DNA from: Schmidtea polychroa
Lineage: Eukaryota
Assembly (NCBI GenBank): GCA_044892525.1
Contig: CM097886.1
Location: 83,514,001-83,578,000 of the forward strand
Reading direction: 5' to 3'
Length of the DNA: 64,000 nucleotides
Shown: one piece after another, positions 13,715-27,219 of the stretch
Numbering within the stretch: the stretch's first letter is position 1
How the letters are laid out: each line of letters begins with the position of its first letter
Notes under the pieces: generated by a model
Databases searched by the model: none
The model's input: only the letters and a program-made list of their open reading frames with translations
What the model was told of the DNA's origin: nothing
Position numbers and translations under genes: made by a program

Positions 13715-14257
13715 CAGGAATACATCGCATAGTACGGTTTCGATCAATGCGATTTCTCTATAGTACGGTCTTGAAATTTTCAAAATATGATTGTTTTTTT
13801 GCTACAAAGAATTGTATAAGGAGAAACGACAAAAAAATGTTCAGACATCGTTATTGAAATTTTTAAACAATAAAAAATGAATCTAAACATTAGAATTTAA
13901 GTGAATTGCTTTTGTTGGTCTTTTTTAAATTAAATTTTTGTGCTTATTTAATTTAATTTTCTTGTTTTTCATCAGCTATTTTTAATATTTTTAAAATGAA
14001 ATAAATTCATTTTTTTTTTGATTTAGTTGCAATGAATTGGTATTGCCAACTTATTAACTGTGTTAAACATGCTTGTTTTGCTCTTGAATATCAGAAAAAT
14101 AAAATTACATAACAAAATATTTTTTGTTTACTAGATTATAATCACGATTTTTAAATTTAATAGGGGTACTAAGCCGTAAATTTATTAGCGCCAGAATGCC
14201 TAGAATAGTACGGCTAAATTCCAGAACCGATTAACCGTACTGTTCGAGGTATTCCTG
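13715..14257. mobile_element. Tigger/pogo-like MITE, 543 bp
   Basis: TA TSD both sides; 25-bp TIR CAGGAATAC(A/C)TCG(C/A)A(T/C)AGTACGGTT with 3 mismatches, resembling Tigger1 CAGGCATACCTCG. Confidence 0.82.
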
Positions 14258-15636
14258 TATTGATAATAAAATTTTTCGAACACACCCAAAGCGATTACAA
14301 ATAACACAATGTAACAATGGAAATTCACATTCAGCAACCATGTAGATTATATAGGTGTTCTTACACTGTGATATGACAACATATTTCTAGTTCCTGAATC
14401 GATGAAAGGAAATCTCTTTTCTAGAGTTTCTTTTCCTCCTTAAATATTCCTCGCTACTCACATCTAGTTTATTGTACGCAAAACACTAATCATACAAATT
14501 TCTTTGTCCAATATATACTCATGAATTACATTTTTTGGTCTATTATTTCGTGTTGATATTTTTTTCATGATTTATGATTAATTTCTTAATTAGCCTATAT
14601 TATCCGGTCACCATGATGAATTTTGTATTTTTACGGGTTTTATCTCACCATTTCCGATCATTGTAAATTTTAGTGTTTATTTGAATTTTTTTAATATTTT
14701 CTTGTGTTACATATTTTGTGTTATTGAATTTTAAACAGTCAATTTCTTAGCTCAAAACTATAAATACATAATTATTTTTTTGACTTCCCTCACCTTAGTT
14801 TTAATAAGTTTTAATTTATTATTAATAAATTCTTAAAATTTTTAGATTTCAGTAAAGGAAGATCATAGCAATATTTTTGTAGATTCACTAACCATATTAT
14901 TTTCTTCACTAATTGCCTTACCTGAAAGCGCATGCTCATTTGAAGTGTGAAAAAAATGTCATTGAGATAAACAATATTTTAAAAATACTTCTAGACATCT
15001 CTTTTTCTTTCCCTTCATTTTGAAATTTTATCGTTTTCATTATCATTATATCGTCGAAATTTCATTTTGTAATCTATACCTGCAATTCGAGTATGCTTAG
15101 GGATCCAAGGACCAACTAAATAGCTCCAAGATTAACTTCATTTCTAATAACCCTTTCCTTGAAAAGGTAATCGTCAAAATTCCATCACAAAACAAATGCC
15201 AATTAATTGAACTTTTTAACAAGAAAAAATAACTTTCCAAAATTTCACAAAAAGATAAAATTCAATTAATTACAGATTAAAATTTAGGAAAATCACTAGT
15301 GACTAGTCCAAAACTAATAAATAAACTAATGATATTTTACTAACATTTGATAAATAAAAAACACCATAAGGTCGTCACATTCATTTGAGTCACAATGAAT
15401 AATTTATTTATTTAAATTAGTCACAGGAATTAATTCCACTAATCCCCAAAATTTATGTTAATAAATAAATATTAGATAGAGTTAAAAATAATTTGGTTTT
15501 TTGATGATAGTTGGCAAAAAGAACGAGATTTGCATATAAACGTCATATGTTATTGAAAGATAAAGTTTCCGAGTGCGTATTAAGAAAGCATTTGTTTAAT
15601 AACATTAAATAATAATTATTTTGTGTGGGTTTGAAA

Positions 15637-16566
15637 ATGGAAAACAATAAACTGTATTTTCGATGTTTGATACTTTATTACTACCGCAAAGGTAAAAATG
15701 CTTTACAGATGAAAATGGAAATATGTGCTGTGTATGGCGAATGTTCTGTGAGTGAGAGTCACAATTGGTTTTACAAATTTCGTGCTGGAAATACCTCATG
15801 TGAAGATAATGAGCGTTCTTATAGATCATCAGTAGTTGATGATGATAGTTGACGTATCCCAAAAAACAGTTATGAACCATTTACAAGCTCTTCATTACCC
15901 TGAGTCGTTAAGATATTTTGGCACCTCAGAACGTAACTGAAAAGAACTTTGTCAGTCAAAAGACAGCCGTTTCTCAAACACATGGTAACAGGTGATGAAA
16001 AGCGGGTTGTTTATCATAATGTAGAATGCAAAAAATTATGAGGAAAACTGGGTTTATCTCTACAAACAAAACCAAACAAAAATATTCACTCACAAAAGGT
16101 TATGTTGTGCACATGATGGAATTGGAAAGGAGTTGTATATTATGAATTGCTTCCTCAGAATGAAGTTATTAATATACCACTAAATACTGTTCCCACATGG
16201 ACTCTGTGAAGGCAGAAATTGATGAATAGTGCCCAGAACTAGCCAATCGATATGGAGTTATTTTCCATCAAGACAATATTTAGAACTAATATCTTTTTAG
16301 CGACCCAGAAAAAATTAGTCTAGTTTTGCTGGGATTCTTTGCCTCATCCACCTTATCTCCACGGCCTAGCAACTTCTGATTTTCATTTATTCCGACCTTT
16401 ACAAAATTATTTATATGGAAAAACTTTCACCTCTTTTGGAAAATATAAAATGCACTTTGAACAATTTTTCGCCCAGAAACTAAAAAACCTCTGGGAGGAT
16501 GGAATTTCTAATTTACCTGCAAGATGGCATAAAGCAATTGTACAAAATGGTGAATATATAATTTAA
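15637..16566 (+). pseudogene. mariner transposase (mellifera-like), frameshifted
   Basis: MENNKLYFRCLILYYYRKGKNA...CAVYG...NWFYKFRAG; MVTGDEK; FHQDN; PPYLHGLATSDFHLFRPLQN; ends IVQNGEYII*. DD34D architecture. Confidence 0.93.
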
Positions 16567-17102
16567 TAAAATTCTTCATTAAATTTTATTTTAGTTTTTT
16601 TACTCAAAAATTTCTCTTCTCTTAATTATTTCGCTCCGAACTGCCAATTTTTCCTTTCCTAATTATTCACTATGAAATATCCTAATCCGAATTGGCTCGT
16701 TTAAGGAAAAAGTTGCCCATAAAAAACATTAATCGCGATTTTTGACAAATTTTACTTTCAAACATTAAATGCAGATTTTTCAGTACCTATTTTTAAGTAT
16801 TTTTTTGAAAGGTGTTTCAGCACTTAAAAAGTTTTGTCAAAATTTGTGATTTTTAAAGAAAAATATTGATCAATTTCTTAATCTTTTTTTTGATCAATTT
16901 TTTGAACCATCTGAGGCTTATTTATTTAGTAGATCAACCGACTTTATAAAGAAGAATGGATTAAAAGGTGATTCTTGAATTTTTTTTTGTGATTCACTTT
17001 ATGTGCAATTAAGCTTGCCAACTCTCAAGTTTTTGCCGGGAGTCTTGCGGAATCGGCTTTCGTCTCCCGATGAATATGACGCGGGAGATGTAAATCTCCC
17101 GT

Positions 17103-19255
17103 AGTAGGTAGTTAGTAGCGTACGGGAACAAATACCCCCCCCAGGGGGGGGGGGGGGGGTAAATTGTTCCCAACTTTTTATTACGCAATTGTTCCCAACT
17201 CATTTTTTTGCTTTCAGGGATTTTTGGTCCAAATTTTTTTTTATCAGACTATAGTGCGGGGGTCTCGATGGTCCTGGGATTTTCAATACAAATAAAATTT
17301 TTTCAATACAAAAACGATGGTCCTGGAATTTTCAATACAAAAAAAAATTTTCAATACAAAAAGCTGGTCTACACTAAAAAAGTCAAGGATTTATCAGACT
17401 ATAGTGAGGGGGTCTCGATGGTCCTAGGATTTTCAATACAAATAAAATTTTTTCAATACAAAAACGATGGTCCTGGGATTTTCAATACAAAAAATTTTTT
17501 TCAATACAAAAACGATGGTCCTGGGATTTTCAATACAAAAATCCGACTACCACTAAAAAAGCCAAGGATTTTTCAGACTATAGTGAGGTGAGTCTCCTTG
17601 GACCTGAGAAATAGCTGGTCTACACTAAAAAAGCATGGTAATTTAAGGTCTCAGGATATTTTCAATACAAAAATCCGACTACCACTAAAAAAGCCAAGGA
17701 TTTTTCAGACTATAGTGAGGTGAGTCTCCTTGGACCTGAGAAATAGCTGGTCTACACTAAAAAAGCATGGTAATTTAAGGTCTCAGGATATTTTCAATAC
17801 AAAAAGCTGGTCTACACTAAAAAAGCCAAGGATTTTTCAGACTATAGTGAGGTGGGTCTCCTTGGTCCTGAGAAAAAGGTGGTCTACACTAAAAAAACGT
17901 GGTAATTTAAGGTCTCAGGATATTTTCAATACAAAAATCCGACTATCAATAAAAAAGCATGGATTTTTCGAATTAAATTAAGGTGAGTCTCCTTGGTCCT
18001 GAGAAAAAGGTGGTCTACACTAAAAAACTTGGTAAATTTTTCAATTACAGTAAATTATGGCTCAAATTTTTGAATTACAGTAAATTATGGGTCTAAAAAA
18101 TTAAATTACAGTAAATAATGGTTCAAATTTTTCAATTACAGTAAGTAATGGGTCTAAAAATTAAATTACAGTAAATTATAGTCCAAATTTTTAAATTAAA
18201 GTAAATTATTGCTCAAATTTTTCAATTAAAGTAAATTATGGTCCTAAAAAATTAAATTACAGTAAATTATGGGTCTAAAAATTAAATTAAAGAAAATTAT
18301 GGTCAAAAATTTTGAATTACAGTAAATAATGGTCCAAATTTTTAAATTAAAGTAAATTAAGGTCCAAATTTTTAAATTAAGTAATCAATGGTAAAAAATT
18401 AAAATTAAAGTTAAATAAGTAAATTAAAGTAATAATTTTTTAAATAAGTAAATTAAAGTAAATTAAAGTAAGATTTTAAAATTTATTAACAAAAAGTTGA
18501 AATAATAGAAGGTGTTTGAGAATTGAAATTTTTTAATAGAAATTTTAATGAAATATTTTTCAATGGTAATTTTTAATGGAAATTTTTATGGAATAATTTT
18601 TTAATCCAAATTTTTAAATTAAGTAATCAATGGTAAAAAATTAAAATTAAAGTTAAATAAGTAAATTAAAGTAATAATTTTTTAAATAAGTAAATTAAAG
18701 TAAATTAAAGTAAGATTTTAAAATTTATTAACAAAAAGTTGAAATAATAGAAGGTGTTTGAGAATTGAAATTTTTTAATAGAAATTTTAATGAAATATTT
18801 TTCAATGGTAATTTTTAATGGAAATTTTTATGGAATAATTTTTTAAGTTAATTTTTAATGGAAATTTTTATGAAATATTTTTCAATGATAATTTTAGATG
18901 GAAATTTTTAAGATAATTTTTAATGAAAATTTTTATGAAATATTTTTCAAAGACAAATTTTAATAATAATTCAACAACAAACCAACAACTTAGTACCAAC
19001 AACCAGTAATTTACGAACATATATTAACAACCAGATACCTACAACTAGTTACTAACAACCAGTTACCTGATACCAGATACCTACCAACTACTTACAACCA
19101 AAATCAACCAGATACCTACAACTAGTTACTAACAACCAATTACCTGCTACCAAGTACTTACAACTAGATACCACGTACTAAATAACTCTCAAACAACCAA
19201 GTACCTACAACAAATTACCAGATACCAAGTACCTACAACTAGTTACTAACAACTA
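17103..19255 (+). repeat. Left TIR arm (about 2.15 kb, modular tandem repeats)
   Basis: Reverse complement of 24382-26767; ORF-track translations 17208-17591(+) and 26301-26684(-) are identical. Contains about 132-bp, 25-bp and 30/31-bp units and CA-rich simple repeats. Confidence 0.93.
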
Positions 19256-21686
19256 GTTACCTGATACTAAGTACCTAGAACCACCTAACAAGTACTAACA
19301 ACCAAAAACAAGCAACCAACCAGGTACCAGATACCAACTACTAAGTACCTACAACCAACATCAACCAGATACCTACAACTCGATACTAACAACCAGTTAC
19401 CTGATACCAAGTACTAACAACCAAAAACAATCAACCAACTAGCTACCACCTACCAAGCACTCAACCGTCAACAACCAGTTACTAAGCATTATTAACCAAC
19501 TACTAAGTACCTACAACCAAAAACAACCAGCTATCAACTAGATACCAAGTACTTACAACCAACATCAACCAAGTACTAAGCATTATCAACCAACTAAATA
19601 CTAAGTACTAACAACCAACCAACTAGGTACTAGATAGCAAGTACTTACAACCAACATCAACCAACTACTAAGTACTAACAACCAAAAACATACAACCAAC
19701 TAGCTACCAAGTACTAACAACCAACAACAACCAGGTACTAAGCATTAATTACCAACTACTAACTACCTACAACCTACAACTAGATACTAACAACCAGTTA
19801 CCAAGTACCTACAACCACCTACCCATTAACTAGCTACAACCAGCTAACAGCAACCAACCAAATACTAAGTACTAACAACCAACAACAACCAAGTACTAAG
19901 CATTATCAACCAACTAAATACTAAGTACTAACAACCAGCTAACAACTAGATACCTAGTACTAAGCACTGTCAACTAGATACCAAGCACTGACAACCAGAT
20001 GACCACATGAAATTATTGGTTAAATAAGTAAATTAATATTTAATTTTTAAATTAACTAATCAATGGTCTAAAATATTAAAGTTAAAGTCAATTTAAGATG
20101 AAAGTTTTCTGGGATTTTCAATGTTAATTTTAGATGCAAATCTTCGTCAATTAATCAATGACCACATGAAATTATTGGTTAAATATGAAAATAAGGATTA
20201 TATTTAGTTGTTAAGTAAATTATGGTGTAAAATTAAGAAATAAAGAATAATTAGGTAAATTAAGGATAAGTAAAGTTAAAAATTTTAAATAAGCAAATTA
20301 AGGTTCAAAATTTTAAATTAAAGAAAACAATGGTTTTAATTTTAAATTAAAGCTAAATGAGTAAATTAAAGTAATAATTTTTAAATAAGTAAATTAAAGT
20401 AAGATTTTTAAATTTATTATCAAAATATTGAATAACCACCAATTTTTTTGAGAAATGTAATTTTNNNNNNNNNNNNNNNNNNNNNNNNNNNNNNNNNNNN
20501 NNNNNNNNNNNNNNNNNNNNNNNNNNNNNNNNNNNNNNNNNNNNNNNNNNNNNNNNNNNNNNNNNNNNNNNNNNNNNNNNNNNNNNNNNNNNNNNNNNNN
20601 NNNNNNNNNNNNNNNNNNNNNNNNNNNNNNNNNNNAATCGGTTACTAAATATTTTTAACTAGGTGCTAACAAATACTTTCAACATGATACCACGTACTAA
20701 CTAACTCTCAAACAACCACATACTTACAACTAACTACTTACAATCAACTAAATATTCTTTATTGTATTTTATGAAATGCTTTTTAAATTAATATTTTTTA
20801 TACAGCTTCTATAATAATTTTAATTACAATCAGTAGAAAAACCTTTTCAAAATGTCTAAATTTGACAAAAATGTTGATTTTCATCAAAAAACCACAACTC
20901 AACCACTTTAAAACACCACGTGGAATTCAAAATAATTACAATGAAAGACTAATGAATTCTAATTTACAAAACATTCTTCTTTTAAATGATAACTACTGAC
21001 TTATTATTGCAATGTAAAAATCGCATTCAATAAATACTTATTGTTGATCAGTTTTATTATATATACTCTGACTTTATCCGACAGGATGTTTTGACCCCCT
21101 AAGGGTACAGGTCGTAAGGGTACTGGTCGTAAGGGTATTGGTAACACTCAACCACCACCTACCCATTAACTAGTTACTAAGTACTATCAACAAGCTATCA
21201 ACCAGATACCAAGTACTCACAACCGACAACAACCAGGTACTAAGCATTATCAACCTACAACTATATAACAACAATCAGTAAACAACATTGTACCTACTAC
21301 CAAATACAAGATACCAACAACTTAGTACCAACAATCAACTAACAACACATAAAAATAATAGCAATTAAATACAAAATATTCTTCATCGCATACACTATTT
21401 TCTTATCAAAATCTAAAAAGTCAACCAACTACTTACAACCTACAACTGTGTACTAACAAATTGATCTTTAAAAGCAAATACTCATCACTTGAAAAATTAG
21501 ATGGAAAATTAATTGAACTCAAGGCATCAATAACTAGGTAAAAATTGATTAAATTATTGTAAAAATTTAAAATATTCGAAATAAATATCATAAAAATTTA
21601 ATTAATGGACAGGAAAAAATTCTAGTCATCAAGTAAATAAAAAAAATATTGATCATTCAAGTTGAATCAACTAAGATAATAAATTA

Positions 21687-22338
21687 CCCTGAGTTCTTGT
21701 CTATAAGCCGCGGCTTATCTAAAAAAAAATCAACCCGACATTCATAAAAACAGTATCGGCTTATACATAAGTACGGCTTATACACAAAATATATTAAATG
21801 AAAAGGTTATGCATTTTTAAAAAAATATTTGCCCACTAATAATTTTCCTTTTAATTTAAATTCTCGATTAATCAAAGCCATCAAATTCTTCTCCTGATTC
21901 AGTATTGAAAAACTCAAGAATATCATTATAAGATGCTGGAATTTCTGATTCAATTTCGCTCTCGGATTCTTCTTCAAATTCTTCTTCGCTACAAGTGACC
22001 CTTATTGCCTCTTCATTTGAATATTCACAGATATTCGCAGCCTTAAATCCATTTTTAATGCAATCCACCGTTATTTCATCCCAGCATTCGTCGAACCAGT
22101 CTGCTACCATATGAGGGCCATTTCCTATTATGCGGTTTTGTAGACTATCTTGCTGTAAAAGATCAACGGGATGCCATTACGCACGTTGAGGTCCAATAAA
22201 TATGCGCGAAATTACTTAAAAACTTTACGGCTTATCCATGAGTCCGGCTTATCTAAGATAAAAAAAATTTTTTTTAATATATGTGATTTAGAGAAACCGG
22301 TTTATGCACGAGTCCGGCTTATAGACAAGAACTTAGGG
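21687..22338 (-). mobile_element. Internally deleted pogo element nested in the Polinton-like core
   Basis: TA TSD; TIR CCCT(G/A)AGTTCTTGTCTATAAGCCG; retains transposase C-terminus MVADWFDECWDEITVDCIKNGFKAANI...EEFDGFD* (21868-22110). Confidence 0.85.
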
Positions 22339-23499
22339 TAATAAAAACTTTGAAATAAGATCTAGTAGATAATTGATTTAGATTGAATAAATTAATTGAA
22401 ATAAAATTAATTTTAAGTATTTTTTTAAAAGTAATACATGTACTCAAATTGATTGACTGATTTCTCAATATATTCAAAAAAAATCAGTATAAATTCATTA
22501 CAATTATCAAAGTCAGCAATCTACAATAAAAATAATTATCATAAAATTCCAAAAGAGACTAGATAACTAATGATAACATCTAATAAACCAGTAAATTTAT
22601 TTAAATGACAATAATTGGTATATCCTAGTGAATTCTCCAATTTCTCATTTCCTCCCAAATATATCAATATGTAAAGATTGGTATTGTAATGATAAATACT
22701 TGTTAAAGATCATATATTCACCTCAAACTAACAAGATTCCTTAAAATCCCTTAAATGACTATATTTCTACCCTTAATTCATATTATTACAAATATTTCAC
22801 TAAAATCATCTGAAAAGCATCAAATTTCATTGAAATAACTCTATCTTTTAAGATTGATATTTTAATGATAAGTACTTGTTAAAGATCATATATTCCCTTC
22901 AGACTAATAAGATTGCTTAAACTCCCCTTTAAATGACTATAATTCTAACTTTAATTCCTATTATCATACATGTTTCACTATTGATAAAACCGGTTATAAT
23001 TAACTTTTTGTTAATCACTGTACTCGAAATTTAAAATAAATATAACTGACTAGGTCCCATTAAAAGATTAAATTTATCCATTCAATAAAATATATTTCTT
23101 CAAATGATCATTTTACCGATATTCAATCGATTTAATTACTAATTAAAATCAATCGATAGATTTCTTTCAATAAAGATCAATTTTATTTAGTTGTTGTTGA
23201 TGTTTTAAGTCCATATTTCTCAACTTTTGTCATTCTCCGTCTAAATAAAGATAAAAATAATTTAAAGTTGATATCAATCCCATTTATCTGTAAAGCTTTC
23301 ATCGTCAAAACCAAGTAAATCGATCATTATCCTTACTTAATAGAACATTGTTCTAAAACATAAATCTAAATTAATATACAATGAATTAATCACAACCTAA
23401 TAAAACGATATAATTATTATTGATACATAACTGACTAATTGACATTTCCCTTAAAACAATGATATTTTACCAACATCACCATTTAAAAAATCATATATT

Positions 23500-23760
23500 T
23501 CCATCTTAACCCATGTCTCATTAAATTTAACCGACTATATTCCAATCTTAACCCATCCTTCATTAAATTCAATCGACTATATCTCCCTTACAATGATATA
23601 TTCCCACCTTATCTGATCTCTCATTAAATCTAACCGACTATATCCCCTCAAAAGATCATATTTTCCCCATCTTAACCGATCTCTCATTAAATCTAACCGA
23701 CTATATCCCCTCAAAAGATCATATTTTCCCATCTTAACCGATCTCTCACCAAATATTTCT
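23500..23760. repeat. 63-bp tandem repeat (21-codon period on minus strand)
   Basis: TCATTAAATCTAACCGACTATATCCCC at 23621 and 23684 plus diverged or shortened copies; translates as GKYDLLRGYSRLDLMRDRLRW. Confidence 0.8.
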
Positions 23761-24381
23761 ACACTTTTAAACATCTATCCGATTATATCCCTTAATTTCC
23801 CCAAAGATTCCACCCACTTGAGCACTTTAATATATCAATCCTCTTAAAATCCTTAGAGAACTTCAAAAATATGACTTTTAATTAATTGTTATAGACACCA
23901 GACATTCTTCCATTGAAATAATTTAGTAGCTAAATAATAAGAGCCCACTAACCAATCAAAATCATGGAAGGGCAGAGGAAAAATATATTACGTTGCGGTA
24001 TTTTAAAATTAAAATTTATTTTAAAAACACATTTTGACGCTAAAGGCGACTTATGTAACAGACATAATAAACTGATTATTTTCTACAAATATTTACCATC
24101 AAATACCTAACTGGAGATGATATATATTGATTGATCATAATTCTTCATCGATTCAACCAATCATTTTCAAGCAATAACAGCAAACTAAATTTAAAGTCCC
24201 TGATTAAGTTAACTGGTTTCTTAGCTTATGTTTTAAAAGATCATCAATGTGTAAATATTCTTAGAAAATTATTGAAAAAAATTATCTAGTCAAATATATT
24301 ACAAAGTTATCATCAAAAATTTATTCTATCACTTAATTATACCTAATTGTCAATGAAATTAATTTTTATTTAAAAACTATT

Positions 24382-26767
24382 TAGTTGTTAGTAACTAGTT
24401 GTAGGTACTTGGTATCTGGTAATTTGTTGTAGGTACTTGGTTGTTTGAGAGTTATTTAGTACGTGGTATCTAGTTGTAAGTACTTGGTAGCAGGTAATTG
24501 GTTGTTAGTAACTAGTTGTAGGTATCTGGTTGATTTTGGTTGTAAGTAGTTGGTAGGTATCTGGTATCAGGTAACTGGTTGTTAGTAACTAGTTGTAGGT
24601 ATCTGGTTGTTAATATATGTTCGTAAGTTACTGGTTGTTGGTACTAAGTTGTTGGTTTGTTGTTGAATTATTATTAAAATTTGTCTTTAAAAAATATTTC
24701 ATAAAAATTTTCATTAAAAATTATCTTAAAAATTTCCATCTAAAATTATCATTGAAAAATATTTCATAAAAATTTCCATTAAAAATTAACTTAAAAAATT
24801 ATTCCATAAAAATTTCCATTAAAAATTACCATTGAAAAATATTTCATTAAAATTTCTATTAAAAAATTTCAATTCTCAAACACCTTCTATTATTTCAACT
24901 TTTTGTTAATAAATTTTAAAATCTTACTTTAATTTACTTTAATTTACTTATTTAAAAAATTATTACTTTAATTTACTTATTTAACTTTAATTTTAATTTT
25001 TTACCATTGATTACTTAATTTAAAAATTTGGACCTTAATTTACTTTATTTTAATTTTTTAGAACCTTAATTTACTTTAATTTAAAAATTTGGACCATTAT
25101 TTACTGTAATTCAAAATTTTTGACCATAATTTTCTTTAATTTAATTTTTAGACCCATAATTTACTGTAATTTAATTTTTTAGGACCTTTATTTACTTTAA
25201 TTGAAATATTTGAACCATAATTTACTGTAACTTAATTTTTTAGAACCATATTTTACTTTAATTTAATTTTTAGGACCATAATTTACTGTATTTGAAAAAT
25301 TTAGAACCATAATTTACTTTAATTTAATTTTTTAGGACCATAATTTACTGTATTTGAAAAATTTGGACCATAATTTACTGTAATTCAAAAATTTTGACCA
25401 TTATTTACTGTAATTTAATTTTTAAGAACCATAATTTACTTAAATTTAATTTTTTAGAACCATAATTTACTTTAATTTAATTTTTAGGACCATAATTTAC
25501 TTTAATTGAAAAATTTGAGCAATAATTTACTTTAATTTAATTTTTAGAAACATAATTTACTTTAATTTAAAAATTTGGACTATAATTTACTGTAATTTAA
25601 TTTTTAGACCCATTACTTACTGTAATTGAAAAATTTGAACCATTATTTACTGTAATTTAATTTTTTGACCCATAATTTACTGTAATTCAAAAATTTGAGC
25701 CATAATTTACTGTAATTGAAAAATTTACCACGTTTTTTAGTGTAGACCACCTTTTTCTCAGGACCAAGGAGACTCACCTTAATTTAATTCGAAAAATCCA
25801 TGCTTTTTTATTGATAGTCGGATTTTTGTATTGAAAATATCCTGAGACCTTAAATTACCACGTTTTTTTAGTGTAGACCACCTTTTTCTCAGGACCAAGG
25901 AGACTCACCTTAATTTAATTCGAAAAATCCATGCTTTTTTATTGATAGTCGGATTTTTGTATTGAAAATATCCTGAGACCTTAAATTACCACGTTTTTTT
26001 AGTGTAGACCACCTTTTTCTCAGGACCAAGGAGACCCACCTCACTATAGTCTGAAAAATCCTTGGCTTTTTTAGTGGTAGTCGGATTTTTGTATTGAAAA
26101 TATCCTGAGACCTTAAATTACCATGCTTTTTTAGTGTAGACCAGCTATTTCTCAGGACCAAGGAGACTCACCTCACTATAGTCTGAAAAATCCTTGGCTT
26201 TTTTTAGTGGTAGTCGGATTTTTGTATTGAAAATATCCTGAGACCTTAAATTACCATGCTTTTTTAGTGTAGACCACCTATTTCTCAGGTCCAAGGAGAC
26301 TCACCTCACTATAGTTTGAAAAATCCTTGGCTTTTTTAGTGGTAGTCGGATTTTTGTATTGAAAATCCCAGGACCATCGTTTTTGTATTGAAAAAAATTT
26401 TTTGTATTGAAAATCCCAGGACCATCGTTTTTGTATTGAAAAAATTTTATTTGTATTGAAAATCCTAGGACCATCGAGACCCCCTCACTATAGTCTGATA
26501 AATCCTTGACTTTTTTAGTGTAGACCAGCTTTTTGTATTGAAAATTTTTTTTTGTATTGAAAATTCCAGGACCATCGTTTTTGTATTGAAAAAATTTTAT
26601 TTGTATTGAAAATCCCAGGACCATCGAGACCCCCGCACTATAGTCTGATAAAAAAAAATTTGGACCAAAAATCCCTGAAAGCAAAAAAAATGAGTTGGGA
26701 ACAATTTACCCCCCCCCCCCCCCCTGGGGGGGGGGTAATTGTTCCCGTACGCTACTAACTACCTACT
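24382..26767 (-). repeat. Right TIR arm (about 2.39 kb)
   Basis: Mirror of the left arm, with more 30/31-bp units and only one copy of the 242-bp segment. Confidence 0.93.
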
Positions 26768-27219
26768 TCCCGTCTTTCCGTTTTTACAATTTTTCAAGAA
26801 AAATGTGCAGTTTTTGAACTTTTAACTTTTGAAAAAAACCCTATGTGCCATTCTTTTTAATTTAAACATTCCTGGTTTTTCTTGAGCATTAAACCTTTAA
26901 ATATACAATAGTGACAATGCTGTTGAAATATTATTATTATTATTATTAGTTATTCTAATTTTAATGTTTAATTATATTCATAATTAAAATTAAAATTGTA
27001 ATATTTATTTACGCAAAATTTTTTTCTCTAAGATTATTAAAACAAATCCGTACAACGAAATGTTTTCAATAAATTAATTAGGATTTCTGAAAACGGCCGT
27101 TTTTTCTTTTATATTAATAAAGTAAAATATAATTAAGGTAAATACATAAACAATCTCTTAAATTATTGTTTATTTATTATTTTCGTATTTAAATCATTTA
27201 TTGTTTATTAAACCACATT

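Larger units (their letters stand above)
17103..26767. mobile_element. Non-autonomous Polinton/Maverick-like element, 9665 bp
   Basis: 6-bp direct repeat TCCCGT at 17097-17102 and 26768-26773; ends AGTAGGTAGTTAGTAGCGTACG...CGTACGCTACTAACTACCTACT; multi-kb TIRs. The 6-bp TSD, AG...CT ends and short terminal repeats are established Polinton hallmarks. Confidence 0.85.

Noticed and set aside
17578-17600. CTCACTATAG / GACTCAC resembling a T7 promoter on the minus strand
   Set aside because: Partial match only (no TAATAC), embedded in a native repeat unit; chance, not vector.
17208-17981. ORFs 17208-17591 and 17730-17981 and their mirror copies at 25910-26684
   Set aside because: Translations of TIR tandem repeats; no protein motif; non-ATG starts.
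17240-18030. Repeat units as a CRISPR array
   Set aside because: Units are contiguous with no unique spacers; eukaryotic context.
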